A DNA stretch of 64,000 nt from Neoechinorhynchus agilis (taxonomy: Eukaryota; Animalia; Acanthocephala), in contig CM121342.1 of NCBI GenBank assembly GCA_051530055.1, forward strand, positions 5,951,489 to 6,015,488, read 5' to 3'. Numbering within the stretch: the first letter of the stretch is position 1; each line of letters opens with the position of its first letter. The notes below the pieces were generated by a model. It was not told the origin of the DNA. It was given only the letters and a program-made list of their open reading frames with translations, and searched no databases. The position numbers and the translations under genes were made by a program. Shown here one piece after another: positions 11,689-22,670 of this stretch.

Positions 11689-14392
11689 TCAAAGATTTTT
11701 AATTTTTAGTGCTAGCTCCATAAGATCATTCGGTAAATTAATCGGTTCGTGATCATTATTTTTTGATTTTGCTTTTCTAATAAAATTTTTAACATCTTGC
11801 GATTCAGCCGAGCCAACATCGTCGAGGACTGATTGATAATAATCAAGGTCGATATACAATTGATCTTTTATTGATTGAGCACGTCCGCCATCCATGATGT
11901 GACTACTTAGACATTTGTCTATCCACTCAAAGAGAAGCTGATTACATCTAATCACGACTTCATCTATCCAAATAGTTGATAAATCGTCTTCAGCGAATGA
12001 TTTAATTAGTCTTAGAGCTGCCAATACATTGTAATTTCTGTTTTCGTCAATTGAATGAACGTTCGGCGGAGTAGAGAGAACAAATTGAGATATTGCGTTT
12101 ACGCATTCAGAAGGCAACCGAGTAAATGAAGGAAGACTGGCTTGTGAAAGTATACTTTTTCGCGTGTAAGCATTTTCCGGTGAAGTCTGGCTGATTTTAT
12201 GTTCGATAGGAAATACGAGACACTGAATGGCGGATTGAAAAACAAAATTCGATACATGTTCAAGCGACAACGATATCGAGTCTACTAAAGTGCATGATAC
12301 GTCCGGTAAGATATAATCGATGGAATCGTTGCTATCAGTGTGTAAACGAACCACAAACTCTTGAAGTTCAATGTCTTCTATCGGTATAAGAGATTTAGTT
12401 GAGACGTATTGTGTCTTGTAATCTCGGAGTTTAAAAATCAAATCGTGTTGGAATACAGAAAGAGTACCGATTGCTTTGAGCATCACAACTTTCTCATTAA
12501 AGCTTACCAAACTACCGAGATTTTTTGAAAGATGATCTTTGAGGTCCTCCGTGATCATGGGTTCCAAGGTGCACATAAACGATTGGAACGTATTAACTAA
12601 TGATTCGAAAATTAATGAAGCGCCAAGACCAAACAGTTTTGGTTCGTATGATGCTAGGAGTGATCGTAATTTATAGACAAACTTGTCACATGCTTCTTCA
12701 AGCAATAAATGGCTATTAGACGGATCTCCATTAACGCATGGTGGAAGGCGTTTTATCTGAACGATTCGTAAAACGTTTACAGAAATTCCCAGGAAAAGTA
12801 CGAACCAAAAAGTTATTGTGATACGGAATTAAAAATAGTAAAAAGTATCTACCTAATTACGAATAATGCCTATGATTTTTGCTTGTTTATAAAGATGATT
12901 AAAAAGAAAAAAGATAACCCGAAAATGAATTAATAGCGACAAACTCTAGAAAAATCTAGAAAACTCATTGTGTTGATTGAGCGTTTTACGGATCGATCTT
13001 TCAAACATTCGGTAGGCAAATTTTTTAAATTGGTATCTTTTAAACTTTCGCTGCACTTTTCAATTAAATTCTTGGCCAGCGATTCAAACTCTAGAGAGTG
13101 GGGCTCCACTTTTATGGCATAAATTCCCCTCAGCATAGCTTCAGTCGAAATATGCGCATCGGTGGCATCCAGAAAGTGATTGAGGGATTTACAATAGATG
13201 TCAAAACAGTCATCTAGGGAGAAAATCTTCGAAAATTTGTTTTTAATCGATTTCCAGAGGACAAGGCATTGTTCTATAACATCGCGGTCATTCGTTTTCT
13301 GTAGAATATTACGCATTTCATTGGAAACCTTTAATTTTTATCGACGATTACGAGCAAATAAATCGCACTTACCTTTAGAGAATCCACAATGACTTCTTTT
13401 AACTCTTCACGAATCTCAAGTTCATCTACAGCGTCACCGACCGACTGATCGAAATTATTAGCATTTAAGAAATATTCGTTCCTGAACACATCGATGACTT
13501 TAGCTCGGATCCTATTCAGCCGCTCGTCTCGAATATCTTGACCCTCGATTTTGAGATCACGAAGATAATCCTTTCACTAACGAATAATCGGCAACACGAA
13601 CAAATATACCTTACCGATTTTTCTTTTAATCCTTCAGTTGCTCCGAAGAGATCAGATAGATTAAATCCACCGTCGACTAAGCGCTCAAAAATGTCCATTT
13701 GTTTGCTCCAATCATTAATGCGCTGAAAAGAATAAAAGTCAAAATCAGAAACGAAGAAAAAATATAAATTCGTATCATTTTGGGGAAACTCCACCTGAGC
13801 AATACATTAAGTAAACAAATTTATCTCTTAAGATTACAAACCTTTAATGCATATTTGACAGATTGGACATTTGATTTGCAATAATCAAGAGTCTTAACTG
13901 AGGCTAAAAGCCTATCTAAACTTGAGCTCGTTTCACCCAGAAATTTATCCAATGTATGCCACGACTGCTTCCATTTCTTCAGATTAGAAATTGATCGATC
14001 CGCAATTTTTAATAGACTAATTCAGGTTTTTGTTCATACAAATCTCTTTGTCTTAGATCTCACATTTCTTTATTGGTTTTGACAATTTCTGCATCTTTCT
14101 GAAATTCGGAACCTAATTCATCAAATCGTTCCTCGAGCAAAGAAAGAGAATCTGTTGTAATTTTCTGAATTCTTATAAGCTAGGACTAGTAAAAGATAAA
14201 AATACTTCGGCTTTGTCATAATTCTGATTTTCGCGATACATTCGATTAAGACAATCAATGGGATCGAATTCGTCATCACTGTTTATAATTGCGAATACCT
14301 TGAGAACCGGATAACTATTTTAAAGTTTGAGTTCCGGTTACCTTGGACAAATCAATCGATTCCGATGACAATTCACATTGATGAGACGACAT
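11689..14392 (-). CDS. COG7: Conserved oligomeric Golgi complex subunit 7, multi-exon
   Basis: N-terminal DEFDPIDCLNRMY and C-terminal LPSFTRLPSECVNAISQFVLSTP..QLYIDLDYYQSVLDDVG resemble COG7 conserved blocks. GT-AG introns seen near 14300-14341 and downstream. Confidence 0.8.
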
Positions 14393-14574
14393 AATTTCTA
14401 AAATTTAAGGAAACGATCTTATCGATTGAAACAAAATGTCGACAATATCAAACCAAATGATAAATCCTTAATGAAAACAAGAAAATCGCGTATTAATGGT
14501 CGCCGAAATCTTACAACAATAAAGATTTTACAATAAACACATCTTAATCTATAAACACATTTATCATCAACATT

Positions 14575-17220
14575 TCCACTCGAAAATTTACAATATCCGC
14601 GATTTGTTCAGTTTTCGTATTTGAACGTTTTCTTCCTTTATTTCGTTTATTTCGTATAGTTCTCTTTCTGGTTGCCGCACTCGCATTGAACGTAAATTCG
14701 ATTAAAACAATTTGAAAGTGTCGTTGTTCTCTTTATAGGAGCTCAAAATAATCAGGGAATATTTAATTTTATGCTTTCTTTCTTGTACAAAAAGATACGA
14801 AAAAGGATAAATTTACAATATCCGCGATTTGTTCAGTTTTCGAATTTGAACGTTTTCTTCGTTTATTTCGTTTATTTCGTATAGTTCTCTTTCTGGTTGC
14901 TGCACTCGCATTGAACGTAAATTCGACTAAAACAATTTGAAGTGTCGTTGTTTTCTTTATAGGAGCTTAAAATAATCCGGGAATATTTAATTTTATGCTT
15001 TCTTTCTTGTACAAAAAGGTACGAAAGGGATAAATTTACAATATCCGCGATTTGTTCAGTTTTCGTATTTGAACGTTTTCTTCCTTTATTTCGTTTATTT
15101 CGTATAGTTCTCTTTCTGGTTGCCGCACTCGCATTGAACGTAAATTCGACTAAAACAATTTGAAGTGTCGTTGTTTTCTTTATAGGAGCTTAAAATAATC
15201 CTGGAATATTTAATTTTATGCTTTCTTTCTTGTACAAAAAGATACGAAAAAGGATAAATTTACAATATCCGCGATTTGTTCAGTTTTCGCATTTGAACGT
15301 TTTCTTCCTTTATTTCGTTTATTTCTTCTCTTTCTGGTTGCGCACTCGCATTGAACGTAAATTCGACTAAAACAATTTGAAGTGTCGTTGTTTTTTAAGA
15401 GCTAAAATAATCCGGAATATTTAATTTTATGCTTTCTTTCTTGTACAAAAGCGAAAAAGGATAAATTTACAATATCCGCGATTTGTTCAGTTTTCGTATT
15501 TGAACTTTCTTCGTTTTTTCGTTTATTTCGTATAGTTCTCTTTCTGGTTGCCGCACTCGCATTGAACGTAAATTCGACTAAAACAATTTGAAGTGTCGTT
15601 GTTTTATAGGAGCTTAAAATAATCCGAATATTTAATTTTATGCTTTCTTTCTTGTACAGTACGAAAAAGGATAAATTTACAATATCCGCGATTTGTTCAG
15701 TTTTCATTTGAACGTTTTCTTCGTTTTTTTCGTTTATTTCGTATAGTTCTCTTTCTGGTTGCCGCACTCGCATTGAACGTAAATTCGACTAAAACAATTT
15801 GAAGTGTCGTTGTTTTCTTTATAGGAGCTTAAAATAATCCGGGAATATTTAATTTTATGCTTTCTTTCTTGTACAAAAAGGTACGAAAAGGGATAAATTT
15901 ACAATATCCGCGATTTGTTCAGTTTTCGCATTTGAACGTTTTCTTCCTTTATTTCGTATAGTTCTCTTTCTGGTTGCCGCACTCGCATTGAACGTAAATT
16001 CGACTAAAACAATTTGAAGTGTCGTTGTTTTCTTTATAGCATCCGGGAATATTTAATTTTATGCTTTTCTGTACAAAAAGGGATAAATTTACAATATCCG
16101 CGATTTGTTCAGTTTTCGATTGAACGTTTTCTTCCTTTATTTCGTATAGTTCTCTTTCTGGCACTCGCATTGAACGTAAATAAAACAATTTGAAGTGTCG
16201 TTTTTTCTTGAGCTTAAAATAATCCGGGAATATTTAATTTTATGCTTTCTTTCTTGTACAAAAAGGTACGAAAGGATAAATTTACAATATCCGCGATTTG
16301 TTCAGTTTTCGCATTTGAACGTTTTCTTCCTTTATTTCGTTTATTTCGTATAGTTCTCTTTCTGGTTGCCGCACTCGCATTGAACGTAAATTCGACTAAA
16401 ACAATTTGAAGTGTCGTTGTTTTCTTTATAGGAGCTTAAAATAATCCGGGAATATTTAATTTTATGCTTTCTTTCTTGTACAAAAAGGTACGAAAAAGGA
16501 TAAATTTACAATATCCGCGATTTGTTCAGTTTTCGCATTTGAACGTTTTCTTCGTTTATTTCGTTTATTTCGTATAGTTCTCTTTCTGGTTGCCGCACTC
16601 GCATTGAACGTAAATTCGACTAAAACAATTTGAAGTGTCGTTGTTTTCTTTATAGGAGCTTAAAATAATCCGGGAATATTTAATTTTATGCTTTCTTTCT
16701 TGTACAAAAAGGTACGAAAAGGGATAAATTTACAATATCCGCGATTTGTTCAGTTTTCGTATTTGAACGTTTTCTTCCTTTATTTCGTTTATTTCGTATA
16801 GTTCTCTTTCTGGTTGCCGCACTCGCATTGAACGTAAATTCGACTAAAACAATTTGAAGTGTCGTTGTTTTCTTTATAGGAGCTTAAAATAATCCGGGAA
16901 TATTTAATTTTATGCTTTCTTTCTTGTACAAAAAGGTACGAAAAAGGATAAATTTACAATATCCGCGATTTGTTCAGTTTTCGCATTTGAACGTTTTCTT
17001 CCTTTATTTCGTTTATTTCGTATAGTTCTCTTTCTGGTTGCTGCACTCGCATTGAACGTAAAATTCGACTAAAACAATTTGAAGTGTCGTTGTTTTCTTT
17101 ATAGGAGCTTAAAATAATCCGGGAATATTTAATTTTATGCTTTCTTTCTTGTACAAAAAGGTACGAAAAAGGATAAATTTACAATATCCGCGATTGGTTC
17201 AGTTTTCGTATTTGAATGTT
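14575..17220. repeat. Tandem array, ~223-bp unit, ~12 copies
   Basis: 'aaatttacaatatccgcgatt' recurs ~13 times. Copies between ~15300 and 16280 carry many small deletions. Confidence 0.97.
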
Positions 17221-18351
17221 TTGCTCATTGTAATGAAAATCGATAGTGGTGTCATGCGTCATTGTATGAAAAATCCTTAAGTTATTCACTCACACAAAAA
17301 ATGCGTGCCCCGGTTTTTGATGGATATTTTTTTTGTCGTATAGAAGCTTTCTAAAAGTCATTGATACACGATTAATACAATCATTTTCTTCTTTTATTTC
17401 GTTTTCTCTTTCTTGTTGCCCGTAACGAACCGAATAATCGCGAATTTTAATCAACCCTTTCGACGTGCGATATTTTACACGACGATTCGCATCTTCGCGA
17501 TTTATCTCATTTTATTATTTATTTTAATAAAATAATTCATCGTTGTCTTTATTCCGTCATGGGGTAAAATTGTGCACCACATACAATAAAAAGTCGTCGA
17601 TTTATTAAGAGCGAGATGGCTTTCTCTTCAAGTCCAGCTCTGAAGTTTTTCTTGCTTGTTAATATCTGGACTCCCCAACTCCATTTGTAAACTTTTTATT
17701 ATACTAAAAGTTAAATGAGGAGTTTATAGAGCCAGTCGCACATTTTGAACGGGCAAAATAGGAGAGGATAAAGAAGTTTTGCCATTGTTGATATTCCTTT
17801 TTCGATGTGAAGTAAAAATTTAGGAAAGAGTTTTTTATGTCTAGTTTTTATAGAAGGTTAACGTCGCAAAATAACTCAATGAGCAATATGAATAATTGGT
17901 AGAACTCTTCATTGACACGCCTGCAAAATGCAAACTTTTTATCCACCTGCAACGAATATACGATTCCATGGTTCTCAACGGGTTTTATTCTTCAATGAGT
18001 AATAATGAAGATTGAGGAGCGTGGAATATCTCGATGAACAAGAAATCACAGATTTTTGTTATTGCTTAAAATTCAATGGATAATATCGGAAAATTTATGG
18101 CGATTCTTGGTTTCGATCTTAGATTTGTAAACGCCACGAACCAGACTATGCGACCTCATGCTCTTTAAATTTATGAAATTTCAAATTGATTTTATCATCG
18201 CTTTTTGATCTTTATCTTTTACTGTGTTGGTTTTGTAAATGCAGTGAAATGAATACAATGACGATATGAAAAATTGACGATAAAATCTAGATCAACCCAC
18301 AAAGAATTGCTCGATATTTAGAAGGCTATTTAAAGCGTCGTCATTAATTGA

Positions 18352-19800
18352 CAGCATGTTGTAATTTTTATTTGGTCAAATAATTCGTTGCTGACTTTTA
18401 TTTCCGTTATTCGGGAGGTCCACGATTATCTTCGGATTGGCATAGTCGAAGCAAAATCATCGATTTTTCAAAACCACTCGAGCCGGCAAATGCTCCGGCA
18501 TTATACATCTCGGGTTTTCTTGGGTGAAAGGGCACTATTTAGATGAATCATAAGTCCCTAATTTCACTACTTTATGTATACTTACACAAGTTCTCTTTTT
18601 TTCAAGACTGTTTGTTCCACTTTATGACTCATTGTCGTACAAGAAGATCTTTGCGTATATCACAGAAGCTGGTACGCATTTCCTTACACGAAGTATGAAA
18701 TCTCAAGCCAAATACAACGAAACTAAAATGAACGGTCACAAGGATCCATTGGAATTAATGTTTAATCAAATATATCCCGAGGCGCCGAAATTCAGTCAGC
18801 AAATGGTCGAGTGAGTGTGCTTACCATTCGTATTAAGAAATTTTAAACGATATTTTTCCAGTGTTACGGCACAACAACAGATAGAAGAACCGATGACTCG
18901 CTTTGAGTCTGATCAGTGAACTGAAGACCAGAATTGTTGCTAGCCTCACTTGTCCTGATCTTCAGAATATTTACAGTCTTTAGTTGGACAACAAGCCTTT
19001 TCGGATGAAATGGTGGACATTGATTTGGCCGCTCTCCAGTTGAATAATATCAAAGCAGACGGAAGCTCCTTCTTTAATCATCCACCTGGGATCAATGTGC
19101 GTCCCATTGGTAAAGGACGTGAGGATTATCGGTTAGATATTCAGCCAGAATTCGTTGAGCTTTCTGTTCTCGATGATCAATATGGAATTCACCCAAACGG
19201 ATCACAGACATCGAACGGAAAACCGAATGGAATCAAGGCTCAACGTCATGAAGATTATAATCTTGAACAGGTTGATGCCAAGACGTTCATCGATGCTCAA
19301 ACGACGCAGACAGAAGCAAGTGGATTCGAGGCTAAAAATCTGTATTCTAACGCAACATTTCAGGTAGGTACATGATAAAATAATTTAGAAGCATTAGCTA
19401 AATTGTGATACGATGACACAGTTTTCAAGTCGTTTCCACGTATAGTTTAAATTCACACTTATCGAAAATTCTAACAGATTGCGAAAAAATCCGTGAAATC
19501 CAACAGGTACCTCCATTCGCACGCAAAATATTACTGACCGAGTCCTTGAACGAATAACGGGCCTAATTGAGTTGTTCGCGATCATAAATATAATTGCAAG
19601 GGGCAATCGTTTTAAATTGCCACGACTCACCGCGATTATTTTTTAAATTCCCGGAATATTGTCGAGCCCCGTATAATATCGATCCTCGTTTAGACTGATG
19701 ACGAGTTGGGGGAAGCACAAATTCATGCCGTCCTACGAGAGGCAGGTCTCTTGGATGTACTCGGAAAGTTGGATAACGATGGTTTAGCGGAAGATTCTTG
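18352..19800 (+). CDS. Probable multi-exon gene (or two small genes) of unknown function
   Basis: Open exons bounded by good sites: MNHK|LFVPLYDSLSYKKIF...QQMVD| (gtgagt donor, ttccag acceptor), MVDIDLAALQ...NATFQ| (gtaggt donor) and a candidate last exon TDDELGEAQIHAVLREAG...DS*. One junction near 18920-18965 could not be put in frame. Confidence 0.4.
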
Positions 19801-20467
19801 ATTCGAAATCGCCTAAAAATAAAATATTTCTCATCATTGCAGGTTTTATACAAGCGCTTCTCTTAAAATTATATTTTATCCTACAGCCTTGTCCAGCAAA
19901 CCCTCAAGTGTCCATCATTATTTTAAGAAGCTATAAAATTCGTAGCGAAAAATTTAGAGATAATAAAAGTAGATTTTGTTTTAGATCGTCGGTTTTTTAG
20001 TCGGTTAAAAAACCACAATGATAAAAGTATTCGGTTTTTTCGTTGTCATTGTGACAATAATAAAAATGGGGATTGTTGAATTCACCATTGAAGAAAAATA
20101 GGATACTACGTTCACTTTTGTTACTACGCATTCCTAAAGCACGATTAAGAGCAAAATGTGATTCACAAACTCTTGTTTAAATCTACGAGAAAAGACGATG
20201 ATTTGCACAAAGAAGTTTTGTAGCACAACAAAGGCGATCATCTTTGGCATTCTATAAATTTCTACTGTTTTAGACTAGTCAAAATTTATCAACTACTATC
20301 TTTTTTCAGCAGTCGGACAATGATCCATCCTTGTAAAAACGAAAAGACTTTAAAGACCCCATAATGCTTTTTTTCTATTGATGTGAATTAGCACTTTCGG
20401 CGGTCGGAGAAACTTTGTTTTACATCAGAGAGGTGATGTTACCATTTAAACTCGGATGAAACGTTAA

Positions 20468-20671
20468 GAGTTTGTACATTCCTCCGGATCCTCAGATACC
20501 TCCCGGGGAGGCGGGGCTCATCAGTGAGTTTCCTCCCTTCATCGAGGTATTTCGTTCCCTTTGGTTGTGTGTCATTGGCAATCGTGGATTCGAACCCATT
20601 GACCCTGAAACAGGGATCCGAGGCACGAGTCCACTGGACCTCCTCGACACTACTACGGAATGTACAAACTC
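20468..20671 (-). mobile_element. 204-bp element with 15-bp terminal inverted repeats and internal tRNA-like A/B boxes, copy 1
   Basis: Ends are GAGTTTGTACATTCC / GGAATGTACAAACTC. Minus strand has A-box-like AGGTCCAGTGG (20631-20641) and B box GGTTCGAATCC (20586-20596). Related copies at 56.5-57.1 kb. Confidence 0.8.
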
Positions 20672-21041
20672 AGCTGACGAAATCGGTTTGCTCAACCGCA
20701 TCCCATAGCGCATTAAATGCTCATGAAACTCGTACATACGACCAGTGTTTTTGCCGGCAAAGCGGAATTCTACTCTAGGGTCGAGTGCACAAGACTAGAG
20801 AGCGCTTGCTTCAAGGCATTTTACATATTTGAACTTACAATTGAAGAAAATCCATTAAATGGAAGGCTTCCATTTGTTTTTTAGTCTAAATTGAACTATA
20901 GAACTTGTAGATTTAGTCTAATTTTGGTTTCTAGGATGAAATGGCAGACACGCGCATAATTCAATCGATCAGTGTCGATCGTAATAATTCCGTTTGAAGA
21001 TTGAATTGTTGATGTTTGTTTATGGCGGAAACTCTTAAATG

Positions 21042-21176
21042 AATTTATTAAATCGATTGTTTTCGGCATAATTTTATGCCTTTATCAAGGTTGTTTGATA
21101 GTGCTTGATTCGCACTGGACGTTCAACCTTGATAAAGGCACAAGATTGTGCCGAAAACAATCGGATTTAATAAATT
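21042..21176. repeat. Long imperfect palindrome (MITE-like or structured RNA), family member 1
   Basis: Outer arms aatttattaaat-cgattgttttcggca / tgccgaaaacaatcg-gatttaataaatt. Inner perfect 17-bp arms tgcctttatcaaggttg / caaccttgataaaggca. Confidence 0.8.
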
Positions 21177-21324
21177 AATTTAGAGTTTCCGCCAGAAACA
21201 AACGTAATAATTTTTTTTCTGTCCCTTTTATTAATATGACAAACCGGAATCACTCTTTTGGTGATATCCATTTTACAGGCGTAGAAATTGACAATAATGG
21301 TGATATGCGGAAATTTCATTGAAG

Positions 21325-22053
21325 ATGTCAAACCATTTCCGTTACAATAAGACTCAAACAGAAAGTGCGAATACATATCACAAAAACGGGCAACGCCGAT
21401 ATCCATTTTCGATTGTATACACACCTATTCCCATCCTAAGGTTCATCCGTTTGATTGATCTAAAGCCATTTAAGTTCTCTCAAAAGCTGGTTGATTCCTC
21501 ACTGTGGTCATGTTGGTGTTGGCGATAGCTGCGGCATTATATATGACTTTGTAGGATCTAAAACAATCAACGTAAGATTTTTCGATGGATTAGCGATTTC
21601 CCCATCAATGAGAAAAGGTCGATGACATGGCATTTGGCAGTCCAACTCTCTACTATAAATTGGAAAGCAATGGGGACTTTGCAGAAAAGTGGGACAGCAG
21701 TATAAAAAAATCAATGGATAAATTCAAAACTAAAAATGTCAGTATTCGTTTTCTCGGTCCCTTTTATAATCCTAAATCTCTAGCATTATATAATATTCTC
21801 GAATTGCTACTCGTTCGTCTCCGATATTTTGCGAAATTCAGGATTTGGATTCTGGACTTATAATCCCGTTTGTTTTGTCATGCGGATGTTTTCTGGGCGA
21901 CGCTATGTTGGGTTGGTGGTTCAAGCCATTATCTTCGACATTTTTTAAATCTAATCATTTAGATTTAAAGGATATTTAAAAACATGGGCACCGGTTATAC
22001 TTATTGGACTGACCATAGTCGTCACAATAATGGCACTGAAGATCAAAAAATGA
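21325..22053 (+). CDS. TMEM222: Transmembrane protein 222 (RTE1-like family), 5 exons
   Basis: Spliced product RRYPFSIVYTPIPILS|WLIPHCGHVGVGDSCGIIYDFVGS..|VDDMAFGSPTLYYKL..|HYIIFSNCYSFV..GRRYVG|FKGYLKTWAPVILIG matches the TMEM222 motif series. All introns are GT-AG. Confidence 0.9.
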
Positions 22054-22194
22054 TTAAGTTATCATCGTTGTTAATGTTGCAAATACTTTTCGGCTCAACT
22101 CCTCTTTAAACTAAAGGTGTCTCCGAATGAACATTTTATCTTAAATTTGGACAGGAAAACTAAATGTAACTATTATGGCTAGGGGCACATTTTT

Positions 22195-22670
22195 TTAATT
22201 TTTACAATAATAAAGCACAAAACATGCAATCACCACCGTCCGCAAAATAGGAGCTTCCATCCTTCCCCGGCTGTCGGTATCACATTAGCAGTTCTGTTTC
22301 GTTGTACTGTGAGCGAGATATTTTGTCGAAGGAATACACCTGCTCGTGCGTCGCCGGTCGTTTCTCTCAAATTCTTCGAGAGATCCAGGAGCAGAGTGCC
22401 GAGCTGCCAAGCGCTCCATACGTCTCTACTCCAAATGGGGACAAAATAGTGGGCGCATTTGCCCTCCCGCCGGTAGACGACCGTCTAGTCGACAAAGATG
22501 GGCGGGTTCCAAGATGTTGGGAAAGTTCGCCGTTCTCAACGCCCGAGATATTGCGTTATTGATCTCAGAATGGCGTGAGAACTTTCCTCCTGACTTTAGG
22601 CAAACGAGACTGTGTCGCCCGAATGTATGTATGCAACGGTACTTTCCTACGTTGCACCGTAGGTGTAAGC
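22195..22670 (-). mobile_element. CRE-type non-LTR retrotransposon 3' fragment (zinc knuckle plus REL), truncated by the RTE-like element
   Basis: FGRHSLVCLKSGGKFSRHSEINNAISRALRTANFPNILEPAHLCRLDG and a decayed QNISLTVQR tail. Confidence 0.85.

Noticed and set aside
20580-20645. tRNA gene call from the A/B boxes
   Set aside because: No clear acceptor stem or cloverleaf. The boxes are embedded in a repeated TIR-bounded element and diverge between copies.
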